Source: a virus
Taxonomy: Duplodnaviria > Caudoviricetes
DNA length: 32,826 nucleotides
Strand: one strand, 5' to 3'
IMG/VR virus record: IMGVR_UViG_3300037863_000038
Span: 1 to 32,826 of that record
A program made the translations under genes and the position numbers. The notes beneath the pieces are model-generated. The model worked only from the letters and a program-made list of their open reading frames with translations. It searched no databases and was not told the DNA's origin. The stretch's first letter is position 1. Every line of letters begins with the position of its first letter. Below, one piece after another: positions 24,572 through 32,433 of this stretch.

Positions 24572-24954
24572 GCGACCTTAAAACACTGAGCGCCGAGTGG
24601 CTGAGCCACAAGACCACCGAAGAGAAGGCGGTCACTGAGCGCCGCAAGATTGAGGACCAGATTGTCAAAATGCTGGCGCTGCCCGAGGCTTTCGAGACCA
24701 CCGAGACTGCCGAGCCGCAGGGCTTTGTTGTCAAAATCTCGGGCCGCATCGACCGCAAGGTCGACAGCGACAAGCTGCAGGAGCTGGCCGCTGAGCACGG
24801 CTTGACCGAGCACCTCAGTCGCCTATGCAGGTGGAAGCCTGAAATAAACATGTCGGCTTGGAAAGCCGCCGACGCATCAATCACTGGGCCTTTGGCCGGT
24901 GCTATTACGGCCAAGCCTGGCCGCCCTTCTTTCAAAATCACTACCAAGGATTAA
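24568..24954 (+). CDS. Hypothetical protein of the recombination module
   Basis: ATGA coupling, start MSDLKT; RRKIED, RWKPEI, KPGRPSFKI. Confidence 0.75.
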   Translation: MSDLKTLSAEWLSHKTTEEKAVTERRKIEDQIVKMLALPEAFETTETAEPQGFVVKISGRIDRKVDSDKLQELAAEHGLTEHLSRLCRWKPEINMSAWKAADASITGPLAGAITAKPGRPSFKITTKD

Positions 24955-24959
24955 ACATC

Positions 24960-25478
24960 ATGGCTTTTTTAGACACCGCATTTGACGTTAACGAGTTGCC
25001 AAAAGGCAACACCAACAACTTCGAGCCATTGCCGTCTGGCTGGTACACCACCAACATTACGCAAGCCGAGATCAAGGCCACTAACGATGGAACCGGCCAA
25101 TACATCAAGTTGCGCTATGACATCACGGGTCCGACGCACCAAGGCCGGGTTGTGTTTGGAAACTTGAACATAAAGAACAAGACTGCCAAAGCGGAAGAGA
25201 TTGGCCGTCAGCAACTGGGTGAGATCATGCGTGCAATCGGTTTGACCCGTGTCACCGACACTGATCAATTGATTGGCGGCAGCTTGTCAATTAAGCTGGA
25301 GATTCGCCCAGAGCGTACAGATACGACAAGTGGCAAGACCTACGAAGCCAGCAATGACGTCAAGGGATTTCGCTCGGTAAATGGTAGCGCCGCGCCGATG
25401 TCCTCTGTCCCATTTGTCTCGCCCGCTACTGCGCCGGCAGCGACTAGCAAGGCTTCCCCACCTTGGGCCAAAAAGTAA
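24960..25478 (+). CDS. DUF669 family putative single-stranded DNA-binding protein
   Basis: FEPLPSGWY, GQYIKLRYDI, GRVVFGNLN, NDVKGF, tail PPWAKK; AAGGA RBS. Confidence 0.82.
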   Translation: MAFLDTAFDVNELPKGNTNNFEPLPSGWYTTNITQAEIKATNDGTGQYIKLRYDITGPTHQGRVVFGNLNIKNKTAKAEEIGRQQLGEIMRAIGLTRVTDTDQLIGGSLSIKLEIRPERTDTTSGKTYEASNDVKGFRSVNGSAAPMSSVPFVSPATAPAATSKASPPWAKK

Positions 25479-25514
25479 AAATAAAAAAGCCCCGGCAACT
25501 TACGAAGCCGGGGC
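25477..25514 (-). terminator. Intrinsic terminator oriented against the operon
   Basis: 8-bp stem GCCCCGGC/GCCGGGGC, 10-nt loop; U tract only on the minus strand. Confidence 0.7.
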
Positions 25515-25546
25515 AAAGTGCTTGAACAACACGAGGAGAAACAACA

Positions 25547-25822
25547 ATGTCAATTATAAAGCAACACCGGCCAAGTCACGTTATGGAACGTGGCGAGTAT
25601 CTAAGCCGCGCCCGTGAATTTTGCCCACGCGGGTCAGATTTGCCTCAAGCCAAGCTGAACAAAGAAAAGGTCTTGTTTATTCGTAGCGCAGCGGTACAGC
25701 GTGAGAATTTGCGCAAACACATTAGCGACAACCTAACCACCAAGGCGCTGGCCGAAAAATTTGGCGTTACTGAAAGAACGGTTGAGAAGGTCTTGCAGCG
25801 TTACACATGGGTGCATGTATGA
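25547..25822 (+). CDS. Small HTH DNA-binding protein
   Basis: RGSDLPQAKL...V..IR and KALAEKFGVTERTVEKVLQRYTWVHV; GAGGAG RBS. Confidence 0.75.
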   Translation: MSIIKQHRPSHVMERGEYLSRAREFCPRGSDLPQAKLNKEKVLFIRSAAVQRENLRKHISDNLTTKALAEKFGVTERTVEKVLQRYTWVHV

Positions 25823-26853
25823 GCAAACTACCTGAGCCAGGTCATACGATTCAATCGATGATTGACCAATACCACGAGAGCAAGCCGGACGAGCCAAGGC
25901 CGCATATGGGCTGCTCCGCATTGGGCCATGCGTGCGACCGGTGGCTGTGGCTGTCCTTTCGCTGGGCTGTCCAGCCCCAGTTCCCTGGCCGCATCCTGCG
26001 CCTTTTCCGCAGGGGCCAGATGGAGGAGGCCACCATCGTCTCGGACCTGCGCGCCATCGGCGTGGATGTGCGCAACACCAGCGCCCAGCAGACCCGAGTT
26101 GACCTGGGCTGCCACGTGTCCGGCAGCCTGGACGCCATCATTGAGTCTGGCGTGCCTGAAGCGCCCAAGAAGCGCCACGTGGCCGAGTTCAAGACCCACA
26201 GCGCCAAGAGCTTTTCTGACCTGGAGAAGAACGGGGTCGAGAAATCAAAGCCCGAGCACTTTGTGCAGATGCAGCTTTACATGCACGGCACCGAGATCGA
26301 CCGGGCTTTGTACTTGGCGGTCTGCAAGGACGACGACCGCATCTACACCGAGCGCCTGGCCTACGACAAAGCTGTGGCGCTCAAGGCCATCGAGCGTGGC
26401 CACCGGCTGGCGCTGGACGACCGCATGCCGCCGCCGATCAGCACGGACCCGAGCTGGTATCGGTGCAAGTTTTGCGATGCGCATGAGTTCTGCCATGAGA
26501 CCAAAATCACCAAGCACGTGAACTGCCGCACCTGCGCGCATAGCACGGCCAAGCCTGACAGCACCTGGCACTGCGCGAAGTGGGACGACATCATCCCAGT
26601 TGATGCCCAACGCAAGGGCTGCGAGTCGCATGTCTTACACCCTGATCTAGTGCCTTGGCAACGCAAGGATGGGCCAGATGAATACACAGCGGTTTATCAA
26701 ATTGATGAAGTAACCGTGGCAAATGGCGATCCTGAGCAAGAAGGCGTTTTTGCCTCGACTGAGCTGCTGGCCAATGCTGCGGCGTGTGGCGCCAAGGGGT
26801 GGGCGCAGTTGCATGATATGCGCAAGCAATTTGATGGGCGGGTGGTTAGGTGA
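25819..26853 (+). CDS. PD-(D/E)XK exonuclease, Cas4-like with Cys clusters
   Basis: SALGHACDR, GSLDAI, EFKT, QMQLYM, CKFCDAHEFC, NCRTCAH. Confidence 0.85.
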   Translation: MSKLPEPGHTIQSMIDQYHESKPDEPRPHMGCSALGHACDRWLWLSFRWAVQPQFPGRILRLFRRGQMEEATIVSDLRAIGVDVRNTSAQQTRVDLGCHVSGSLDAIIESGVPEAPKKRHVAEFKTHSAKSFSDLEKNGVEKSKPEHFVQMQLYMHGTEIDRALYLAVCKDDDRIYTERLAYDKAVALKAIERGHRLALDDRMPPPISTDPSWYRCKFCDAHEFCHETKITKHVNCRTCAHSTAKPDSTWHCAKWDDIIPVDAQRKGCESHVLHPDLVPWQRKDGPDEYTAVYQIDEVTVANGDPEQEGVFASTELLANAAACGAKGWAQLHDMRKQFDGRVVR

Positions 26854-27566
26854 ACTACCAGCAGCACTATGACCGACTAATCGAGCGAGCGAGAATCCGA
26901 GTCATTGACGGCTATACAGAGCGCCATCACGTTATCCCCAGATGCTTGGGTGGCGGCAATGATAAAAGCAACATTGTCAGGCTTACCCCAGAAGAGCATT
27001 ACGTCGCACATCAGCTTTTGGTGAAAATGAACCTAGGGAATCGTAAGTTGGTACACGCGGCGTTTATGATGACAATGGGGCGCAGCAATAATAAGTTGTA
27101 CGGGTGGTTGAGGCTGGCAAATGCAGAAGCGATAGGCAAGACACAGAAGGGATTGAAACGTTCCGAAGAAACTCGCGACAAACTAAGCGCGGCAAAAAAG
27201 GGAAACAGTAACGCTCTAGGGTCTAAGCACTCAAAGGAGACAAAAGCAAAGATTGGCGCAGCAACCAAAGAGAGCTATTCCAAGACGCCCCGCCATCACT
27301 CCGACGAAACCAGAGCAAAAATTAGTGTGGCGGCTTTTGGCCGTGTTGCCTCGGACGAAACCATCGCGAAAATGAGGCGTCGTCGTCACTCCGCAGAATC
27401 CATCGAAAAAATGAGAGAGGCTTCGCTTGGGAATTCTTACTCCAAGGGATTTAAGCCAAGCGAGGAGTCAAGGGCCAAAATGAGCGCGGCCCAAACAGGC
27501 AGGCGACACTCTGCCGAAACCCTTGCGAAAATGAGAGCGTCTGGGAAAGCGAGGTTTGCAAAATGA
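26850..27566 (+). mobile_element. Free-standing HNH homing endonuclease with NUMOD3 repeats
   Basis: ERHHVIPRCLGG.N..N...LTPEEHYVAHQLL, then seven (H/R/A/P)SxE(T/S)xxK(M/I/L) repeats. Confidence 0.9.
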
Positions 27567-29155
27567 TACTCAGACCATATCAGGAACGTGCAGTTTCAAC
27601 GCTATACGAATGGTTCGAGAGCAACCCCACCGGCCACCCCGTGCTATCCATGCCAGGCGGCTCCGGAAAATCGGTGGTGATCGGAGCCATCGCAAGGGAC
27701 GCTTTGCAGAACTGGCCTGAAACGCGCGTGCTGATGGCAGTGCATAGTAAAGAGCTTATCGCCCAAAATGCCGACAAACTACGCAAGATGTGGCAAGACG
27801 TGCCACTCGGTATTTACAGCGCCAGCCTGAAACAACGCAATCTCGGTGAGCCTGTGACCTACGCAGGAGTTCAATCAATCTACAACAAGGCCGCGCAAAT
27901 CGGATTTATAGACCTTTGCATTATCGACGAAGTGCAGGCCGTATCGCACAAAGACACAGGGATGTATCGCAAGTTGATAGCCGACCTCATGGTGATCAAT
28001 CCAGCCATGCGACTTATAGGGCTTTCAGCTTCGCCTTACCGTTTAGGTCACGGACTGATTACCGAAGGCTATGATGCTATTTTTACCAGCATCATAGAGC
28101 CCGTCGGTATTGAAGAGCTGGTATTCAAAGGCTATCTGGTGCCGCTGAGATCAAAGGTCACAACCAAGAAGCTAGACGCGACTGGACTCCACAAGCTAGG
28201 TGGCGAATACAAGTCATCAGAAATGGAAGCAAAGTACAACACCAGAGCCAACAACCAATCAGTTGTCAGTGAGCTTATTGAGAAGGCATCCGAGAGAAGC
28301 CATTGGTTGATTTTCTGCTCTGGCATCAAGCACTCAGAAAACATCGCCGCAGAGCTGAATTCAAAAGGCATAAAGGCCGCATCACTGAGCAGCCACAACA
28401 GCATGGATGAGCGCGAGGAACTGTTGCGCCAGTTTGAAGCTGGCGAGATTCGTGCACTGTGCAACGTCGGGATTCTTACAACGGGTTATGACTTCCCTGC
28501 GCTTGATTGCATTGTATTCCTACGATCCACAATGTCGCCGGGTTTGTATTTGCAAATGGCCGTCCGGGGTATGAGAACGTCTGCTGGAAAGGCTGACTGC
28601 CTAGTCCTCGACTTTGCTGGCGTTGTCCAGGTCCACGGCCCCATCACCGCCGTCCAGCCGCCACGTAAGGCTGGGCCCGGCAATGGCGAAGCACCGGTGA
28701 AGGTATGCGACAACTGCGGCGAGCTGGTGGCGATCTCTTGCATGGTGTGCCCGGCCTGTGGCCATGCTTTCCCACCCAGGGAACTGCCGAAGCTGGCGCT
28801 ACGGGGCGACGACATTATGGGGCTGGAGGGTAACGATCTTGAGGTGACAAGCTGGTCATGGCGCAAGCACATTAGCAGGGCAAGCGGCAATGAGATGCTG
28901 GCCTGCACGTACTATGGAAGCCTGAGCGATAAGCCAGTGTCCGAGTACTGGCCGATTATGAACGACGGCTATGCCGGTCAAAGATCGCGTGGCCAGTTGG
29001 CGCAAGTAGCGCAGCAGGCAGGTTCTGTCATCGACTACGGCGCGTCTGATCTTGAGGATATTGCGGCATCAATGAACGCTGGCAAGCCGCCACGTTTTAT
29101 TGAGTTTAAGCTGGACGGGAAATTTTATCGTGTTTTGAAAAGGAGCTGGGAATGA
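27563..29155 (+). CDS. Superfamily 2 DNA helicase with Zn finger
   Basis: LRPYQ, PGGSGKS, IIDEVQ, GLSASPYR, LTTGYD, QMAVRGMR, CDNC...CPAC. Confidence 0.92.
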   Translation: MILRPYQERAVSTLYEWFESNPTGHPVLSMPGGSGKSVVIGAIARDALQNWPETRVLMAVHSKELIAQNADKLRKMWQDVPLGIYSASLKQRNLGEPVTYAGVQSIYNKAAQIGFIDLCIIDEVQAVSHKDTGMYRKLIADLMVINPAMRLIGLSASPYRLGHGLITEGYDAIFTSIIEPVGIEELVFKGYLVPLRSKVTTKKLDATGLHKLGGEYKSSEMEAKYNTRANNQSVVSELIEKASERSHWLIFCSGIKHSENIAAELNSKGIKAASLSSHNSMDEREELLRQFEAGEIRALCNVGILTTGYDFPALDCIVFLRSTMSPGLYLQMAVRGMRTSAGKADCLVLDFAGVVQVHGPITAVQPPRKAGPGNGEAPVKVCDNCGELVAISCMVCPACGHAFPPRELPKLALRGDDIMGLEGNDLEVTSWSWRKHISRASGNEMLACTYYGSLSDKPVSEYWPIMNDGYAGQRSRGQLAQVAQQAGSVIDYGASDLEDIAASMNAGKPPRFIEFKLDGKFYRVLKRSWE

Positions 29156-29307
29156 CTGAAGTAAACGAACAAATGCTAAGAGCGCAAAAACTGAAAAACT
29201 GCAAGATGTGCAAGCGAGACGCCGAGCCGACTGGAGGCGTAGAGGTTTGGTCTAAGTGGTACTGCTCAAAGTGCTGGGCTAAGGCGCTGTATCGGGGCGC
29301 GAAATGA
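29152..29307 (+). CDS. 51-aa C4 Zn-finger protein, not in the ORF track (MTEVNEQMLRAQKLKNCKMCKRDAEPTGGVEVWSKWYCSKCWAKALYRGAK)
   Basis: AGGAG RBS, ATGA overlaps at both ends, two CxxC. Confidence 0.75.
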   Translation: MTEVNEQMLRAQKLKNCKMCKRDAEPTGGVEVWSKWYCSKCWAKALYRGAK

Positions 29308-29492
29308 GCCGCCCACCGGAACCAGATTTTGTAGCCGCTTGGCGCAGCTCGCAGAGAGCGCCGAAATGCTGCCACACCTGCGAGCATTACGGCGTTGACG
29401 GGCTATGCGTCACGTTCTTTATGGAGCCACCGGCGGACTTTGCGGCCACCGTTGGCGCCTGCGATGACTGGGAGGAAGAATGTCCGTTTTAA
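29304..29492 (+). CDS. Small Cys-rich metal-binding protein with acidic-PF tail
   Basis: KCCHTCEHY...GLC...CDDWEEECPF; ATGA coupling. Confidence 0.75.
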   Translation: MSRPPEPDFVAAWRSSQRAPKCCHTCEHYGVDGLCVTFFMEPPADFAATVGACDDWEEECPF

Positions 29493-29833
29493 ACAACACA
29501 CCAACAGAGCATTACGAACAGCGAGAACTGGTGTCGTGGTTTCGCAAGTCTTATCCAGGCGTGCGCATCTTTGCTATTCCGAACGGCGGGCAGAGAAGCA
29601 TGGCTGCGGCCGGCCGGCTAAAAGCTGAAGGCGTGTCATCTGGCGTGCCTGATCTTTTTATTCCAGCCTGGAAGCTATGGATTGAAATGAAGCGCGTCAA
29701 AGGCGGTAGCGTCAGAGCAGAGCAAAAAGACTGGATTGTTTACCTTGAAGAAGTGGGTTATTGTGCTAAAGTGTGCAAAGGCGCTGAGGATGCAAGGCGA
29801 CAAATAATTGACTTCAAGGAAAAAATTACATGA
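29480..29833 (+). CDS. VRR-NUC nuclease (putative Holliday junction resolvase)
   Basis: EHYEQ, FAIPNGG, LKAEGVSSGVPDL, IEMK, EQKDW. Confidence 0.9.
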   Translation: MSVLNNTPTEHYEQRELVSWFRKSYPGVRIFAIPNGGQRSMAAAGRLKAEGVSSGVPDLFIPAWKLWIEMKRVKGGSVRAEQKDWIVYLEEVGYCAKVCKGAEDARRQIIDFKEKIT

Positions 29834-29973
29834 GCAAAACCCCGTTCTTTTCGATTAGAATTCCGCCGGAAATTGGCGCAGAGTTGCGCAAGGTTGCGGA
29901 TACGAACACCCGCACGCTGGCCGCGCAGATTTTGCATTACGTTAAGCAAGGCTTGGCCAGTGAAAAAAAGTAG
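29830..29973 (+). CDS. 47-aa Arc-like ribbon-helix-helix regulator, not in the ORF track (MSKTPFFSIRIPPEIGAELRKVADTNTRTLAAQILHYVKQGLASEKK)
   Basis: FSIRIP...L...A..N.R.L..QI...V pattern of Arc/Mnt; AAGGA RBS; ATGA overlap. Confidence 0.8.
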   Translation: MSKTPFFSIRIPPEIGAELRKVADTNTRTLAAQILHYVKQGLASEKK

Positions 29974-30004
29974 ACGGACAAAGCCGCACGATGTTGCGGT
30001 TGGT

Positions 30005-30050
30005 TAGGGTTTGTCCCTATGTGTGAAATTGTGCGTATGTGTGTTATAGT
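30005..30050 (+). promoter_or_regulatory. Extended -10 promoter (TGtTATAGT, 30042-30050) with upstream palindrome TAGGG-N5-CCCTA
   Basis: Direct motif read; followed by an AGGAG RBS and the ATG at 30078. Confidence 0.6.
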
Positions 30051-30077
30051 AGAGACATCAACAACCAGGAGCTAATA

Positions 30078-30296
30078 ATGAAAATTATCAAAACGACAAT
30101 CAACTACATGGGAATTGAGATAGAAGTAACGGCAGAGGTGGATGCAGGCGAGGCGCGTACATGGGACGAGCCTGGCTGTGCAGCCGAAGCAATCTTGATG
30201 ACCGCCGAAGTGGGCGGCGTTGATGTTATGAGCATCCTTAGCCAAGAACAGCAGACGGCTATAGAGGCCGAGATAGTAGAAGAGGTGATGGCATGA
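30078..30296 (+). CDS. Small acidic hypothetical protein
   Basis: AGGAG RBS; TWDEPG motif. Confidence 0.75.
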   Translation: MKIIKTTINYMGIEIEVTAEVDAGEARTWDEPGCAAEAILMTAEVGGVDVMSILSQEQQTAIEAEIVEEVMA

Positions 30297-30388
30297 ACGC
30301 CCGGACTGAATCAGTGCTTGGTTTTCTATTGGCCGTCGCCATTGGGCTTGCCCTCGCAACTCTTTTATTTTTTGGACTATCAGCATGA
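30293..30388 (+). CDS. 31-aa single-TM peptide, not in the ORF track (MNARTESVLGFLLAVAIGLALATLLFFGLSA)
   Basis: GAGGTG RBS, ATGA overlaps at both ends. Confidence 0.7.
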   Translation: MNARTESVLGFLLAVAIGLALATLLFFGLSA

Positions 30389-30573
30389 ACAGCCTCCTAA
30401 AACTTTTCAGAAAAATAACGCCAATTGAGTGCGTTGTGGCCGAGCTTGTTGAAGCCGAACACGCTTTGCTACGCGCCGAGACGGGTGTTGAGTACGCCCA
30501 AGCGTTGGTGGCATACAACAAGTCCCGGGTAAAGCGCCTGAGCGCATATGTAAAAGAACAGGAGGCAGCATGA
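30385..30573 (+). CDS. Hypothetical helical protein
   Basis: ATGA-coupled at both ends. Confidence 0.7.
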   Translation: MNSLLKLFRKITPIECVVAELVEAEHALLRAETGVEYAQALVAYNKSRVKRLSAYVKEQEAA

Positions 30574-31121
30574 GAGTGCTTATTGCTTGTGAGTACAGCG
30601 GCACGGTACGCGACGCATTTATTAGCGAGGGACATGAGGCCGTTAGCTGTGACTTGTTGCCTACCGATGTGCCAGGCCCTCACTATAAGGGAGACGTTTT
30701 CGACGTCATTAACGACGACTGGGACTTGATGATTGCGCACCCGCCGTGTACGCACCTTGCTGTGTCCGGAGCTAGGCACTTCGCGGCCAAGATAGCGGAC
30801 GGCAGGCAGCAGGCGGCGCTTGATTTTGTGCAACGGCTACTTGACGCGCCGATTGCGCTCATTGCGCTGGAAAACCCAGTATCTATTATTAGTAGTCGAA
30901 TCCGAAAGCCCGATCAAATCATTCAACCATGGCAGTTTGGCCACGGCGAAACCAAGGCCACTTGCTTGTGGCTTAAAGGCTTGCCACTGTTAAGACCGAC
31001 AAACATTGTCGCAGGCCGCGAGGCGCGCATACACCGTATGCCACCTAGCCCAAATCGTTGGAAACTTAGATCAACCACATTCAAAGGCATTGCTGAGGCA
31101 ATGGCAGCACAATGGTTTTAA
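30570..31121 (+). CDS. Short DNA cytosine-5 methyltransferase-like protein
   Basis: VLIACEYSG (motif I-like), AHPPC (IV), LENPV (VI), GIAEAMAAQW; GGAGG RBS. Confidence 0.8.
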   Translation: MRVLIACEYSGTVRDAFISEGHEAVSCDLLPTDVPGPHYKGDVFDVINDDWDLMIAHPPCTHLAVSGARHFAAKIADGRQQAALDFVQRLLDAPIALIALENPVSIISSRIRKPDQIIQPWQFGHGETKATCLWLKGLPLLRPTNIVAGREARIHRMPPSPNRWKLRSTTFKGIAEAMAAQWF

Positions 31122-31131
31122 AGGAGGCAGC

Positions 31132-31398
31132 ATGACTAAGTATTGTGACGGCACAACCGCGCTAACGCCGTGCCCACACCCCGAAGACTGCACGGTTTCT
31201 TGTGAGTTCAATGATGCCGTGGTGCTGCGCCGCCTCAAGCCATACCCCCACGTCGTGCCGACCGATCTGATTGAAGCCGACCGCGAGGAAGGCTCAAAGA
31301 TCGCCCGCCGTCTGATCGTGGCCATCAAGGTCTTTTTGTTTCTCTGGGTGGTGCTCATGGCCATGTCGGGGATGTTTTTATGGAGCCTTTTTATATGA
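31132..31398 (+). CDS. Cys-rich membrane-anchored hypothetical protein
   Basis: AGGAGG RBS, start MTKYC, C-terminal TM helix. Confidence 0.7.
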   Translation: MTKYCDGTTALTPCPHPEDCTVSCEFNDAVVLRRLKPYPHVVPTDLIEADREEGSKIARRLIVAIKVFLFLWVVLMAMSGMFLWSLFI

Positions 31399-31604
31399 CT
31401 GATGAAGATACTGGCGGGCCAGCGTTCCCAACTGGCACGGGCGTAACGCCATACGCACCCGGCATGCTGCTGCGAGATTACTTTGCTGCCAAGGCGCTGC
31501 AGGGGCTGCTTTCCGACACCAGCATCAAAGGCGCTGTTTTGGAATTTGCTGCACGGTCTTATGCCATGGCCGACGCCATGCTTGCCGCTAGGGAGGTTAA
31601 ATGA
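31395..31604 (+). CDS. Conserved small phage protein (GGPAFP...LRDYFAAKA family)
   Basis: Recognisable motif; ATGA coupling. Confidence 0.8.
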   Translation: MTDEDTGGPAFPTGTGVTPYAPGMLLRDYFAAKALQGLLSDTSIKGAVLEFAARSYAMADAMLAAREVK

Positions 31605-31963
31605 CTGACAAAGAAATCATGCAGCAAGCGCTGGATGCGCTGGAAACCGTAGACTCCCTAGCACATTACGGGCATGGTATTGATGAAGCTAGAGAAGCTC
31701 TACGCCAAGCCATTAAGCAAGCAGAGAAGCAAGAGCCTATAGCGTGGCTTTGGAATGATATTGACGGGGAAGGATGTATAGATACAGAGAGACCTGACCC
31801 AACGTCAGATAACGTGTACTGTATGCAGTCGCTGTTCAACACACCCGTTAGGCAAGCGTGGATTGAACTAACAAAAGAAGAAGCTGCTGACTGCTGGTCA
31901 ACTGAAGCCGTCAGAACTTGGCATGCACTTGAAGCCAAACTCAAGGAGAAAAACAATGGCTAA
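31601..31963 (+). CDS. Modular hypothetical phage protein (QQALDALE...QEPIAW...EAKLKEKN)
   Basis: GGAGG RBS; ATGA coupling. Confidence 0.75.
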   Translation: MTDKEIMQQALDALETVDSLAHYGHGIDEAREALRQAIKQAEKQEPIAWLWNDIDGEGCIDTERPDPTSDNVYCMQSLFNTPVRQAWIELTKEEAADCWSTEAVRTWHALEAKLKEKNNG

Positions 31964-32195
31964 ACTAATCGACTTCCCCCTCGGAATCAACGAGGGCGAG
32001 ACGCGCCTAGACATTGACCCCGACAAGGTGCTTACCGGAGCAGTGGGCAAGCTGAGCGAAGTGGTGATCGTGGGCTACGAATCGGACGGCTCATTGTATT
32101 TTGCAAGCACCCGAGCCAATGGTCCGGATGTTTTGTGGCTACTTAAACAGGCCGAGCAGCGCTTGCTGGCCATTGAACGGGAGAATAGAAAATGA
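31956..32195 (+). CDS. Hypothetical protein
   Basis: AAGGAG RBS, start MAKLIDFP. Confidence 0.75.
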   Translation: MAKLIDFPLGINEGETRLDIDPDKVLTGAVGKLSEVVIVGYESDGSLYFASTRANGPDVLWLLKQAEQRLLAIERENRK

Positions 32196-32223
32196 CTACG
32201 AAGATTCTTGCAAGGAGCAACAC

Positions 32224-32433
32224 ATGATATTCACAGACTGGATACACCGGTTTGCCCTCGACACGCTAACCTCACAGGACTTGGCTCGACTACACGCCGC
32301 CTTTGAAGCGGGTCAAGACCACGAGCGCGAAGCCTGCGCAAAGGTGTGTGATGACATTAACGCCGAATATGGCGGCGAGGATGTGCTGGCGACTTGGTGT
32401 TCCGAAGCAATCAGAGCAAGGAACCAAGAGTGA
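32224..32433 (+). CDS. Hypothetical protein (EREACAKVC...AIRAR family)
   Basis: AAGGAG RBS, start MIFTDW. Confidence 0.75.
   Translation: MIFTDWIHRFALDTLTSQDLARLHAAFEAGQDHEREACAKVCDDINAEYGGEDVLATWCSEAIRARNQE

Noticed and set aside
25819-26853. CRISPR-associated Cas4
   Set aside because: No other cas genes or array; the context is a standard phage Sak4-SSB-exonuclease-helicase module
26850-27566. Group I intron or intein carrying the HNH
   Set aside because: Both flanking genes are intact, separate ORFs coupled directly to the HNH; no room for intron core RNA and no intein termini
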